Shown piece by piece: positions 16,954 through 30,829 of a DNA stretch of 64,000 nt. Numbering within the stretch: position 1 is the stretch's first letter; every line of letters starts with the position of its first letter. Source of the stretch: the human T2T-CHM13v2.0 reference genome, Homo sapiens; assembly GCF_009914755.1 (NCBI RefSeq), contig NC_060928.1; one strand, given 5' to 3'. The notes under the pieces were generated by a model, which was not told the DNA's origin, made no database searches, and was given only the letters and a program-made list of their open reading frames with translations. A program made the translations under genes and the position numbers.

Positions 16954-18779
16954 TTTCCTGGATTTATCCTGGTAGATTATCTGGATCTTTGGTGTTGGTG
17001 ACCTTCAGATGGGGTTTTTGCCTGGGTGTCCTTTTTGTTGATGTTGATGCTATTGCTTTCTGTTTGTTGGTTTTCCTTCTAACAGTCAGGCCCCTCTTTG
17101 GCAGGTCTGCTGGAGTTTGCTGGTGGTTCACTCCAGACCCTGTTTGCCTGAGTATCACCAGTCGAGGCTGCAGAACAGCAAAGATTGCTGCCTGCTCCTT
17201 CCACTGGAAGCTTCGTCCCAGAGGGGCACCCACCAGATGCTAGCCAGAGCTCTCCTGTATGAGGTGTCTGTGGAACCCTGCTGGGAGGTGTCTCCCAGTC
17301 AGGAGGCATGGGGGTCAGGGACCCAGTTGAGGAGGCAGTCTGTCCCTTAGCAGAGCTCAAGCGCTGTGCTGGGAGATCCTCTGCTCTCTTCAGAGCCTGC
17401 AGGCAGGAACCTTTAAGTCTCATGAAGCTGTGCCAACACCTGTCCCTTCCCCACAGTGTTCTGTCCCAGGGAGATGGGAGTTTGATCTATAAGCCTCTGA
17501 CTGGGGCTGCTGCCTTTCTTTCAGAAATGCCCTGCCCGGAGAGGAATCTAGAGAGGCAGTCTGGTTACCGCGGCTTTGCCGAGCCCGCAGTGGGTTCAGC
17601 ACCCAGTTTGAACTTCCCTGAGGCTTTGTTTACACTGTGAGAGGAAAGCCACCTACTCAAGCTTCAATAATGGCAGATGCCCCTCCCCGCACCAAGCTCA
17701 AGCATCCCATCCCAGGTCGACTTCAGACTGCTGTGTTGGCAGTGAGAATTTCACACCAGTGGATTTTAGCTTGCTGGGCTCCGTGGGGATGGGAACCTCT
17801 GAGCAAGACCACTCAGCTCCCTGGCTTCAGCCCCCTTTCCAAGGGAGTGAACAGTTCTGTCTCACTGGCATTCCAGGCACCATCGGGGTACGAAAAAAAA
17901 AACTGCTGCAGCTAGCTTGTTGTCTGCCCAAATGGCTGCCCAGTTTTGTGCTTGAAACCCGGGGCCCTGGTGGTGTAGGCACCAGAGGGAATCTCCTGGT
18001 CTGTGGTTTGCGAAGACTGTGGGAAAAGCACAGTATCTGGGCCAGAGTGCAAAGTCCCTCAAGACACAGTTGCTCAAGGCTTCCCCTGGCTAAAGGAGGG
18101 AGTTCCCCTGACTGCTTGCACTTCCCAGGTAAGATGATGCCCCACCCTGCTTCAGCTCATCCTCTGTGGGCTGAACCCACTGTCTAACCAGTCCCAATGA
18201 GATGAACTGGGTACCTCAGTTGGAAATGCAGACATCACCCACCTTCTGCATTGGTCTCACTGGGAGCTGCAGACCTGCAGACGGGAGCTGTTCCTATTTG
18301 GCTATCTTGCCACCATGCCCCTCCCCCAGCTTTGGATTTAATACAGAAGTAAAATCAATGATTATAAACAAATGTAATTTTAAAAAGTACTTATGTTTAG
18401 AAAAAAGAAAAATCAATATCTAGAGGGAAAGAAAAAGAAAGACAGTTAATGTATCTGTTTACTTCATTCAAAAATCTTTTCTATTTATATATAGCAGGGA
18501 AATTTTTTAAAATAATGACATATTTGCATATGTTAATTTCTATAAAAATGCCTAGCTTGAATTCCATCCTAGACTCAAATACACATTGGCTGTCTAACTT
18601 CAAGAAAGACAAATAAATTAATTCAGGAATTATGTTTTAACTTAAAAATCAATAATTGGAAAGCGAATTTCCCCAGCCTGTTATTTTTATATTACATGAA
18701 AATCCTTCAAGGAATAGTTTGTGATATTTGAACAGCAAATTTCAGTGATACTGTTGAAATATAAAATAAGAATGTTCAG

Positions 18780-18880
18780 GACAAGTTATTTACATATATT
18801 TGTGCTTCAGTTTCTCAATTCACAAAATAACGACAATAATTTATTATCTCATAGGGTTGTTGTGAGGATTTAATGACTAC
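18780..18880 (+). mobile_element. MIR SINE
   Basis: acaagttattta...tgtgcttcagtttctca...ctcatagggttgttgtgaggatttaatga. Confidence 0.75.
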
Positions 18881-20570
18881 GTATATAATTTAAAAATATC
18901 TATATGTCTTTTCTAAGTACTTTATATAACTCAGTATTATCATAAGCAGCAAAATTAAATTATAAAAGAAAGCTAAACAAGCAGGAAATTAAACACACTC
19001 AAAACATACACATAAACATACAAAGAAGCGAACTTTTCAAATTTCCCCACCTTTTTGTTACAAAAAAAGTAAACAAAAAAAAAAGTTTAGTTTTCAAAGG
19101 CCCATTTTAGAGGTATTGCTTTATCAATGATTATACATTAAATAAGAAGAAGCAATAATAGACCTCCCAATGCCAGGGTTTAATTAGATTTGAATTTTAC
19201 AGTTATCTCAATGGAATGTTTTTCCATCTGTAAGATCACCTTTTCTAATGCTTTATGAAGCAGACATGGACATCTTCTGTCTCCTTTCCTTCAGGACCAA
19301 GAAAAGTGGTAAAAAGTCTGTAGCTTTTACTACAGCCCATAGCTGTACCATATAACAGATAAAATAGTGCTTTTTGTAATTGGAAAAATTTTATGGTGTT
19401 CAGAAATAGTATTATTAAGTAAAGCAAGGATTTGATTCTAAATCCTGATTCGCAGAGAAAGCTTAAGCAAGTCACTAAATGTAATTTTACAGTCAATAAA
19501 ATAATTGATAAGAATCCTGAAATGCCACTTAGAAATGCCTTGTCAAAACTTCAAATTATAAATGTGAGATTTATAAAACTGTCTACTATGTTATTATGGT
19601 TATCATGCAAAAGGGCAATCTTTTGATTGGAGTTTATTCAAGCAAAACAAATTAGAAGCATTCTCATTTTGCTTAGTTCTCCAAGGCATAAATAGATTAT
19701 CTAATTGGTCTTTCTTTTGTTTCTCAGATTTATATCTAATAGCTTGCTCTGAGCAATAATAATTTGAGTAGAGAACTGGAGAACTTCTTGTTCCCCTTAA
19801 ATTCACATTACTAAATCTCAAGGCCATGGCCATTTAGCAATATGCTCAGTCTCTAGCTCCTAACACCATCTTGTCTTGAGTACAGTAGAAAGTACATTTG
19901 TTGAATACATGAATGAATATTTGTCAGGAATTTAACACTAGCTTACATGTTAAATTTTCATCCTTGAAAAAAGATGCCACTTATACTAAAGCTTAAGATC
20001 TTCCTCTTAGATTATTTTTGGAGTTCACGAAAGGTGCAATACCAAACAATAGGTCAGAATTTAGAAAACATGATTTCTCCATTTAATGAACACAACAACC
20101 TAAAGTGAATAGATATGTCTTGCTTTATGGAAATTACACTGAACCATTATGTCATAGATAAAAAGAACAATGGAGTGAATGAATAAACCACCAGCTCATC
20201 TGGCTGGAATCTCATTTGTAATGAGCATTTGCCAAAGCTGGCTACGTTTTTTGGTTTCTCATCTGCCTGGCCCTCCTGATTTATTGATGTGTTTGACTTT
20301 CTCCATTCACAACCATCCTGATTCATTTCCTGGCTTTTAAAATCTTTCCTGGCATAATGCCTTCATGGGCTTCCATCTCAGAAGTAGAACCTTCTTCCTT
20401 CTTTGGACTTATTCCAAAATCAACTATATTCAACTGAAACTTTTAAAGTGGAGTCTTCACCAACCAAGGCCCTGATCTGTTTACTTTTAGCTCTACCACA
20501 GATGAGACAGCCAGGCAGAGGCAACATTCCTCCTTTGGCCTTCTTTATATTGGGCTTAAAAGATCAGTTT

Positions 20571-20842
<272 letters not shown>

Positions 20843-20854
20843 GATCAGTTTTTG

Positions 20855-20965
20855 GGCCAGTCATGGTGGCTCACGCCTTTAGTCCCAGCACTGGGAGGCC
20901 AAGGCAGGCAGATTTCTTGAGACCAGCCTAGGCAATATGGCGAAACCCCATCTCTTAAAAAAAAT
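20855..20965 (+). mobile_element. Alu left monomer (FLAM-like)
   Basis: ggccagtcatggtggctcacgcc...gagaccagcctaggcaatatggcgaaaccccatctcttaaaaaaaa. Confidence 0.85.
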
Positions 20966-21099
20966 CTTTTAAAATTATTTTATTGACTTACAGGACAAAC
21001 ACAATTGATAGTGTTGACTAAGAGGATTCTGTATCCATGAGAAAGCATTGTAGAAACATTAATGACAGCATCATGAGGTACTACTGAGTCCAATAAACA

Positions 21100-21225
21100 G
21101 TCTTCAGTCATAAATCCTGGATTTTCTCTCTGTATCTTGTGGTGAATCCTTAATTGATTTAGAAGATTACTGGATATCTCCATACCTCATTTCCTTGCCT
21201 GTATAAATGTGGAAAAATTATGGTC
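21100..21225 (+). mobile_element. MIR SINE fragment
   Basis: aaatcctgg...ctccatacctcatttccttgcctgtataaatg. Confidence 0.55.
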
Positions 21226-22374
21226 ACTACCATGTTTGGTAAATAGTGGTCTAGATGCTTTGTTCTTATTTTGTAAATCCATCAGTCTGAAGATTTCCTC
21301 ACTGTTCTAAAGCTCTTGAGTGTTTTGATATACATTTGATGTGGAAAGCACAAGCAGCAAAAGAAAATATATATATATATATAAGTATTCTATGTATCTC
21401 ATTTTGCATTTTTAAAATATGTGGCTTTAGGTTGCAAACCTAGAAGGTCTGAGAGGAAATAATGGAATTTTGTCTCATTTTTGTTGGAGTATAGCAATAT
21501 AATAAAGTATATCCTCAAGTCATGAAAAATATTCATGGCTATATTCCAAGAGAAATATTTATTTAGAATACTTAGGTTAAAATTTGATCTCGTTATATAA
21601 GCAATACAATTGCATACACTTTTCAGTGCTAATTATTTTAGAAGACCAGGCTGGTATTTCATTCTTATTTCTTCCCAATACACAATGCAACTTAGAGATG
21701 GCTATATGATTATGACCTCATGGACAGGGTTTTGTTCCTTATGTAGGCCTGCGAGGCCTACAGAGAAAAATTCTCATTCCAAGACTTCAACTGAACTGCT
21801 GGTGTTAACTAACTGCCATTCAAATGGGTCTGGGTAAGAAGACTGAGCAGGAGAAAGAATGAGTCTAGCAAATAATCTACATTATATAATATATTCTTCA
21901 TATGAGCAGACTAGTATGTGAAACGCCTATGAACAAAATATGTCTCATGAATCTGTAAGAACACACTGTGGTTTTAAAAATGATTCTGGTTTAATTTCAA
22001 AGGTGGATTGCATCATACTGGAGGTTACAGTAGGGTAGTGGCAATATGTGCAGTACATCGGTCCCCAAACCTGCATCACTGTTAGAATCACTTGGAGTGG
22101 CCCCTGCAAACTTTAGAATCAGAAGTTCCAAGATATGTCCTGGGAATCTTATTTTTGGAATCTCTCTAATTTGGGAGCTACTATTGTAATGGCCAGAAAG
22201 TAGACTTGAAGTCAGAGAGACCAAGATCTAAGTTTGCTGAGTCTCACTTTTCTTATAGTAATGAGGAAAAAATGATAAACTGCTTTGTAAAGTGCTGCCA
22301 GATTAGAGTAAATCATATGGAAAAAATCTATCAAAATATTGTTACTCAGGATAACCATTATTTAAAAAATCAAT

Positions 22375-22526
22375 TAGCATGTTTCACAAGGTATATAGTG
22401 TGTCGCAATGTATACAATGACCACGATGTCTCACAATGTATACACTTATCAAAACATCAAGCTGTACACTGTAAATATATATAATTTTTGTCAATTATAC
22501 CTTAATAAACCTGTGGAAAAATAAAA
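22375..22526 (+). mobile_element. Old L1 (L1MA/MB) 3' end
   Basis: tcacaatgtatacacttatcaaaacatcaagctgtacactgtaaatatatataatttttgtcaattataccttaataaa. Confidence 0.8.
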
Positions 22527-25500
22527 TTGTTTTAAAAACAATAATAAATGTTATAATGTAGGATGTATAACTTCAACCAGGAGAACAAGATTGGTTAAGT
22601 AAGATTAGAGAAGAGTTCAGAAGTTGAGAGTTAAAAAATAATATAAGAAGAAAGGAAAATGGTGAATGAGGCCATGAATGAGCAATTCAGAGTGATGGAG
22701 AAGGCATTAAAGCGGGAAAGCATAAAAAGTGAAGATCAGAACCATAAAGAGAGCAATAACCAAATTGTCAGTAGTGTTGAAGCATAGGCCATAGAGGGAA
22801 CGAATCCAGAACTTAGTGAGAATGTCCCAGAACCCCTGATCAAGAACCAAGGCAGAACCCGGGCAGGAGAGATCAGAGCCCAGCAAAGGAGGATCATTCA
22901 CCAGTGACAGTGTGTATAGCCCAACTCCAGGTTACTGTTGAGGCAGCCCTCTTGGATTCATGGGATAGGAATAGGCAATGGGGAGCACACAATTATGGGT
23001 CTTGCATGAGCACAGATGGTTCTGGGCCATGGTGTCTGAGGTGATATTGCAGTTCTCCCCATTTAGCTCCCATTCTGTGGATATAAAGAAACAGATAAAA
23101 AGACTAAGGCAGTTAAAATTCTTCTTAAATTTGAAGAAAAAAATGTAAAGAAATAGATTTGTCTTTCATGACCAGTAACAATAAGACATCACATCTTTGT
23201 TAATTCACATAAAATGTTTTTCTCTCAATGCAAGGTTTGAAGAGATAGGTAGATTTGGATCTGGGAAGAGAAAGGCAAAGAGTTTACCTGTGAGGGAAAC
23301 ATGAACTGAGACTTGGAAGCAAGAATGACAATTTTTTCAGAGAGAAAATTCATCTGCCAACAAAGTTAGCAGTAGTGGAGGAAATGATTGAAAAAGGAAC
23401 AATTAGAATGTCACTGCAGTGATTTGGGTGTTACCTTTACTAAAATTTTACTACATAGTTCAGATCAGAGGACTATTATATCTTTTGTATTCTTTCTTTT
23501 TTTTATTTTAGTAAAGACATTCTATTTCCTTTGAGTTTTGTAGAATTATTCATATGTTTTTGATTCTGCTATCTAATTATGTAAGTACTAGACCGAACTA
23601 AAGATTAATTTCTGGTTTGAGTGTTGTTTACCTGAAATGTTTAACAATATCATTTGATAGAACTAAAAATTGACTTCTTGTTTAAAAATGTTGTTTCCTC
23701 AAAATGCTTAGCAGTGTCATGTGACTGCTTTGGTTGGAACATGACCATTCAAAAGCCTTCATGGAATCTAGACTGTCTTAGAGGTTTGACTGTGTTATGT
23801 CAAATATATTAAGATGGTCCCACATCCCACATTCAACATCATTTATATGTAATTGGATAAACTGTGTTTCAATGTAGTTGAATAGTTGGTATAATATACT
23901 ATTTTGAAAACACTTTATTAATCAGTTAATAATTTTAATTTATAATTTTATTTTCATAGTTTTGAGCCAATAATTTTTTTTAGAGTCCCAAAAATCTGAC
24001 AAGCTCAGGATGCAGTCCTTTTAAAGATTTATGAAAAAACAATTGGCCTTGCAGGTGAAGGTTATTTTACATATGTAAGATAACCTCTTAGAGAAAACAT
24101 GTCTTAAGAGTCATTAAAGACTGTGAGAGAATGTTTGTTCATCCATTGAATATCCTGTTTCTCATAATCATAGGATTTGGTGACTAGTTTCTTGAGTTGG
24201 TATATTTTGTGTTTAAGTATTTTTTTAAAAGTATCTTGTAAACTTTGGAAAGGCACAGCCTTTTTTTTAGGCCTTGTTTTATACTCAGGATCAGCCCAGT
24301 TACTTCTACTTAGTAAAAGTTTATATACTAATTGTTCTTTCAAATTCCAACCACTTCATTTTAAAAAATAATAAGTTTATTAAACTTATACTTTGCGAGT
24401 AAAGTTCCTATGCTTGTGCCAACTGGCAGAAATCATGAGAATGTGTTACCAATAGGTTGATTGCACAATATTTAAGAATTTATTCCCAACTTCCTATGTT
24501 CTGACCAACATAAAATTTTTAAAAGGTCAGCATATAGGTTTTTGTATTGAAACTAACCTTCTCAAAGTTTGTGTCTCTGCATGTTATTTAGTTTAATGCC
24601 AGCACTGAACTTAACACATAAATAGAAAAAGGACATCTGCCATTTCATAGACTTACCAATAAAATTCTGTTACAAATTAACTGGTTGCTTTGTTAAGTAT
24701 TTTCTTGTATAAAGAAAACTTATCTTATAACCTAACAAAACCCAACCCATGTATATCTCATGTACTTTTCCTTTCCAACTGGCAATTAAACTATTTAAAA
24801 TCAATTTGTTTTGAAAGGCATTGTGACACTTCTTAGCCTGAGAACTGCCATATCATAGCAACTAGGGTGGAGGCACAAAAACTGAACTGGTTCACAGGAA
24901 GTCTATTTTGAAAAGGCCATAGGGACCACTCACATCAGTGATGCATGGCATATTCAGAAAGTCACCGAAGGCTGCGATATTTCTCTCTTTTTATAGGAGA
25001 ATAAAATAGTATGATTTATAAAAGGGTGGAATAATGGAATGAGTAAAGAGGACATAAATATCCTAAGTTATTTTTACGTAGTACAGCAAATTTTCTTTTT
25101 GAAATGGAATTTTTTTTTTAAATCAGTGGTTGTTGTCATTATATTGTTTAAAAGGAAATGATATCACCTGTTAAAATGTCACCCATTTGGAAAAATATAG
25201 AAAAAACATATATATTTATATATATATATAAATATATATTATATATAATCTGTATAAACTAGCAAGAAGAATTAATTCAAAATATTACTCCATTATGTGG
25301 CATTTAGGAGTAAGAGAACAATAAAATTATTTAACAGTTTTGAATTTGGAAAATATAATGTGACAGAGTAAGCAAATATATCCTGCCAGCTTAAATCACT
25401 AGAGATTTTTACAGCATATCTTTATTCCTAACTATGAACGTAAACAAGTGAAAATTATAGAGGATAAAATATACCATTTTAGTCATAGCTTTCAGTATTA

Positions 25501-25869
25501 TTTCCCTAACAATTTTTCTTTGTTACATCTAAATGCTTCTAAATCAGAATAAAATAACTCATTAGATTTTTGCCGGACATTGTGTTGGAAAGCACTTTTT
25601 TTTTCAGTTACTTTATTCCTTAGAGAAAAGAGAAAGGAATGAAATAAGGAGTGAAAGAAAAACAAGAATAAAGACACCTGTGTGGTCTGATAGAATAATG
25701 TGATGTGGAGGCCTGCAGAGAGATCTCTATGGACTGGAGAAAGTACTGGAACTTCTGATAAGAGCTTAGTCTTAGTGAAATAACGAACTTCCCAAACGTA
25801 GAATCCACAGAGGAGGGTTCCAGAGTATGTTTGTTGGGCTCAGTTGAATAGCTTATAGTATATAGTACA

Positions 25870-26206
25870 TAGTCACTTAATGATGGGAGTACATTCTGAG
25901 AAATGCATCTTTAGGTGATTTTGTCATTGTGTGAACATCATAGAGTGTCCTTACATAAACCTAGATGGTATAGCCTGCTACACACCTAGGTTATATGGTA
26001 TAGCCTATTGCTCCTAGGCTACAATCCTGCACAGCATGTAACTGTACTGAGCACTGTAGGCAATTGTAACACAACAGCAAGTATTTTTGTATCTAAACAT
26101 ATTTAAATATAGAAAAGGTACAGTAAAAATGTGGTATAATCTTATGGGACCACCATTGTACATGTGGTCTATCATTGGTGGAAATGTTGTTTTGTGGCAC
26201 AGACTA
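25870..26206 (-). mobile_element. Tigger3a (MER7A) non-autonomous DNA transposon
   Basis: cattctgagaaatgcatc...aacctagatggtatagcc...ctcctaggctaca...tagaaaaggtacagtaaaa...tcttatgggaccacc. Confidence 0.9.
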
Positions 26207-26923
26207 TTTGAATACTTGGTATATTATATGTATATAATCATATATATTACATATATATAATATATGTAATACGGCTAAAAGAATCTGCAGCTGCTGCTGT
26301 CTGCTGTCTGTCCCCAAAGCTGCTGCCATGGTAACCATACTACGCTCCCAAGCAAGTATGAGTGTTTCAGTTTCACGTATTTAGATATGCCCTTTGGGCC
26401 ATTTTCAAGACACTGGCTTTTCATTTCCAAATATTAAAGCTGCAACTCTGAAGCAAGAAGACTTGTGATGAAGAATAAATGCTCATCAACTCTTTGGGAT
26501 TGAAGCTTTGAATCCTGACCAGTGAGAAAGAGTTTGCAAATAAGAATTGGAGAGCTTTTGCTGGGCCAACAATTTATAGTGTTAATTTGTGTGTGGCTGC
26601 TGTGCCTGTCTAAAGGGAGCATGTTCTTAAGCTACAAGCTGGACTTTCCTAGCAGCAGGTTGGGAAGAGTGATGATATGGAAAAATGTCCACATTGGAAG
26701 TTTTCTTGGTTACACACTTTCCAGAAGAAACTTAATTTCACAGAAGGCATTCTTGTTTCATCACTTCTTGTTTAAGAAGCTTGATGGAGATACTTGAGGT
26801 CTTAGAATCTTTTGTTAAATGGAGATAAAAAAAATACATACCTTTTAGTGTAGCTATGAAGATTAAGTAAAACAATATTTTTAAATGAATTAATGTAATG
26901 AACATGATGACACTAATAATAAC

Positions 26924-27117
26924 TGTTATAGGCTAAATTGTATCCCCTCCAACTTCATATGTTGAAATCCTAACCCACAGTACCTCAGAATGAAGCTGTT
27001 TTGGAGATAAGGCTTTTACAGAGGTGATTACATTAAAATGGGAATGGTGATATGGGCCTTAATCTAAGTGATGCAGTTTTTGGTATTTTGTTATGGCAAC
27101 CTTAGCAAACTAACCCA
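26924..27117 (+). mobile_element. MLT1B-like solo LTR with internal deletion
   Basis: tgttataggctaaattg...cagtacctcagaatg joined to ggtattttgttatggcaaccttagcaaactaaccca; TSD ataac at 26919-26923 and 27118-27122. Confidence 0.85.
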
Positions 27118-27873
27118 ATAACTAACAGAGATGGAGAGCTTACTCTAGGTTTTATCATTGGTTCTATTTAATAGAAGAATTGCTAAATTAATTTAGAGAC
27201 CATGGATGAAGATGCTGAAGGAAACATTCTTCCACCTTTGCCTTTAACTTCCCAATAGAACAGCTGCCACTTAGGCAATTTATTGTATCTGTATTATTGC
27301 AAGAACAAAGTAACTGAAAGGGTCCTTCACAATTTCTTTGTTACGTAACTTAGTTCTAAATGAAATATATTTAATTTTCAAATAAAATCTGGATTTTAAA
27401 TTAATTTTGTATTCATTTTCTACCCATGAAAATGTTCCTTACAAATATTGTGATGTTTGAGTGTGGAGTGAGTGGAAACGTAAACCCATTTCAAAGAAGA
27501 TATTTGTTTACTATATTCTTGCAAAGCATACTTTATATTGGCCCAACCTGAAAGATCTACTAGCTTTTGCTTCCTCTTTAAACAAGTGTAGTCAGTTTTA
27601 CTTCCTCCCATTTTAATGTGTTTCTCTATTCTGGTGAATATGGATAAGTCTTTTCTTTCTTTTATGGTAAGTAGGAAGAAGTCTGAATCACAATTCAAAA
27701 GTCAAATTTAGTCTAAGTCAAAAATAGAAGGGGCACTAAATAAATAGGCATTTTATGATGTTCTAAGAATGCCATCAAAATTTCTGTTTAAGATTTCTGT
27801 GTGTATATGTTATATATGCATATGTATGTGATTATTAACAATATAACAGAAATAACCTGTATTGTATGTTGCT

Positions 27874-27928
27874 TATCTATCTATCTATCTATCATCTATC
27901 TATCTATCATCTATCTTCTATCTATCAT
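27874..27928 (+). repeat. Interrupted (TATC)n / GATA tetranucleotide microsatellite
   Basis: tatctatctatctatctatcatctatctatctatcatctatc... Confidence 0.95.
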
Positions 27929-30829
27929 CTTTTTTATCACATACATTTTAGCTTGGGACATAAATACAGGTTAGGTAATTAACTCTTAGCAAATTAATTA
28001 AAATGGGAATTCTTTTATTGAGGTCACATATATTTAAGTTTTAAAAACCACCTACCTGTTACTTTCAGTGTTGGTTTTTTTCCTTTAAAGATTAAGTGTA
28101 ATTACCATTTGTAAATTAATTTTTAGGCGATTATTTGACTAGTAACTTGACTCTCTGACCTAGAAGAAAAAGGAGCAAAAGTCAGAAAACTCATTGAATA
28201 TTGACTACAAACTGTGGTAATGCTAGATTTCCCAACAAAAATCAACTATGTAAGCTTTGGTTATATAGGTTAGTAATGCCTAGGGACAGCTTAAATTTGT
28301 AGTATGTGTACATTAGTTCATCTGAACTTTAATTAAATAAGGCATACTTTGTGTCTTGCTTATTTTGGCTTCTATTAGTTTCTTCATGACCATTCTAGGT
28401 TTTTTATCCCCATGGTCTACTAGTTTAAAAAAAAATGCTTGTTAAAACACGTTTAATCTCAAAATTGTATCATTTAAACCAAAGGACAACCATATTTTAT
28501 AGACTATTCCAGTATTATATAAATTGTTATGATTTTGTCACATTTGCTGTGTATTTTATGAATAATGATGAGCACTTAATAAAATTATTTTTTTCTACCT
28601 TTGCATATTTGCTATATTAAAGTCAAGTACTTTTGCTTATACACCTGGGTGGAAGAAAAATTTTTCTGTGTTAAAAAACAGAAGAAACATTGAAATATTT
28701 GTTTTCAGATTGTAAAAAATACTGCTTGGAAATATAAATCAATATAAACAAATACTTTAAGATCTTCTAGGTGATGAATGCATAGTAAAAGTGTAGTATT
28801 TTCTTTTGAGGACATAAATGAATGATAATCATTTTTGAATGTAACTATCATAAATTAGACAATGCCTAAATTTTTGGTTTACCATTTTTAAAGGATCATG
28901 TGTGGGGCCTGCCACTTATACACATGCCTTATCTGGCAGATGCCTTTTTCAATTAGTACCTCATTTACAATATCATAAATGCAATGGTTTATTGATAAAA
29001 ACTTTTAATAACCCCTTAATGGTAGTTGGGTCGCACACTGAGTCTTGTACTCCACAGGAAGACAGATTACCTTCACTGTTATTGAAAATATCTGACTTTA
29101 GAGTGTAAAAACATAAGATCTGCTCCTCTGATCTGTTTATTTTGAGGTGGGCTGTTAGATACTGACAGTGGTTATGGTGGTCCTATGGAAGGGGTGTTTT
29201 TTCTTTCTTGACATCATCCTCAAAAGTTGAGGACTTGCATCAAATCCCCTTCTCCTTTCCTCTCTTTCTTATTCACTCCATCCTGTCCTCGTAAATAGTA
29301 TATACTAATGTCATTTTATAGATTCATCATACCTATAAAAAATATAAACCATGTAGTTATGGGAAGTAATTTATATTTATATTAATATGTTCCAAGTTTT
29401 CTGAGACAAGCAACTGTGTCCGATTAACTTTTGTCTCCTACCTGTGTCTCTTGTGTCTAATGTAAGCTTTGGTACCAATAGCAGATACTAAATATCTGTT
29501 GAGTGAATGACCGGCCTAAATATCCTTCTGAGATAAAGTGTTCCATCATGAGCTGTATGAGGTAATGATTAATTTGTTTTAAATTGATTCTTTTGAGTTT
29601 TAAACTATAACTTTTTAACCCAATATGCCAGCATAGATGAAAATATCTTATAGATACCATTTATATGTTCTTGGGAAACCTATAAATGTCTCAATATATT
29701 TGAAATTGTTCAGATTAAATTTCTCCCATCAAGAAGAATGGGCAAACACTGAGTTTAGTTGTGGAAAATTGAGTGGGCTATTAGTAGACCTGAACTTGTG
29801 ATTTGAGAAATGTGTACCTTCACCTGCGGATAAAATGTAATATCTCATTTTGTAGACTTACTAGGTACTTGTAACAATGAGTTAAATATGTATGATATAC
29901 TTTCTAGCAAAGTTGCTATGTAGTTAAATAACAAGAATGGTGCAGACCATTAGTTTAATAGGAATTCAAACACTGTGGTCTAGAAAGGTGAGTAAAGTTT
30001 CACTTCAGGAAGTGAAACCTGAGAAAGGCTGTGAAAAATACGTGCCAGCTGAAGGGACATTATATGGTTCAAAGTCCTAGGAAGCTGCTAGCAGCGTGTG
30101 AGTGCTAGCACCCTGCCCCTCGCCTTGGGGAATTGTTGCCTATGCATAGTCACATTAGTCCAAGCCTTGTGGAACTTCTATCTAATAAGCTTCTATACCA
30201 TCAAGGGTAATATTTTTGTACAAGATGAATAGTTCTAGATGCTCTACTTCCTCTGAGAGTTGGATCAATAGTCCTGCATTGCTTAGTCATAGCTAGACAT
30301 TTGACTACAAGAACATCTATCTTCACAAAACTCATCCCTATACGGTTCTGCCCAGCCCTTAATTTGATCCTCTCACTTCCATCATATTTCTCTTGTTCTT
30401 CGTGACAAAACCACCTCAAATGTGTCATCTTTTCTAGGAACATTTCCTTATATTCTTGCTTTATCAAAAAACTGCCTGTCCCTTTTTATTGTCAGCTCAA
30501 CTTGGCCCTCTCAAAAGAAAGTTGTTCTTTCTCGTAGTGATTACATGAGGTATGACAGGGTTGACTTGTCTTCTTTGATTTTGGTTTGCAATATTAGCTC
30601 TTTATCCATCTCCCTCCTGCAAATGCCTACCACCGTTCTTGATGCATATGCCTCCTCTATCTTTTTGTTACTGTTGTCTATTTACCTATGTATTAAGGCC
30701 CTTTTATTCAAGCATATAGATTTCTAAATTCTGTACAGTATATTTATTTGTGACTTCAGCATCCACATAAATAAAACATGTAAAATGGAGGCTTTTTGGT
30801 TCTTTCATCTTCTCATCTCCCAATTTTTT

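Noticed and set aside
25195-26275. AT-rich palindromes at ~25200-25250 and ~26220-26270
   Set aside because: Self-complementarity is trivial for (TA)n low-complexity tracts.
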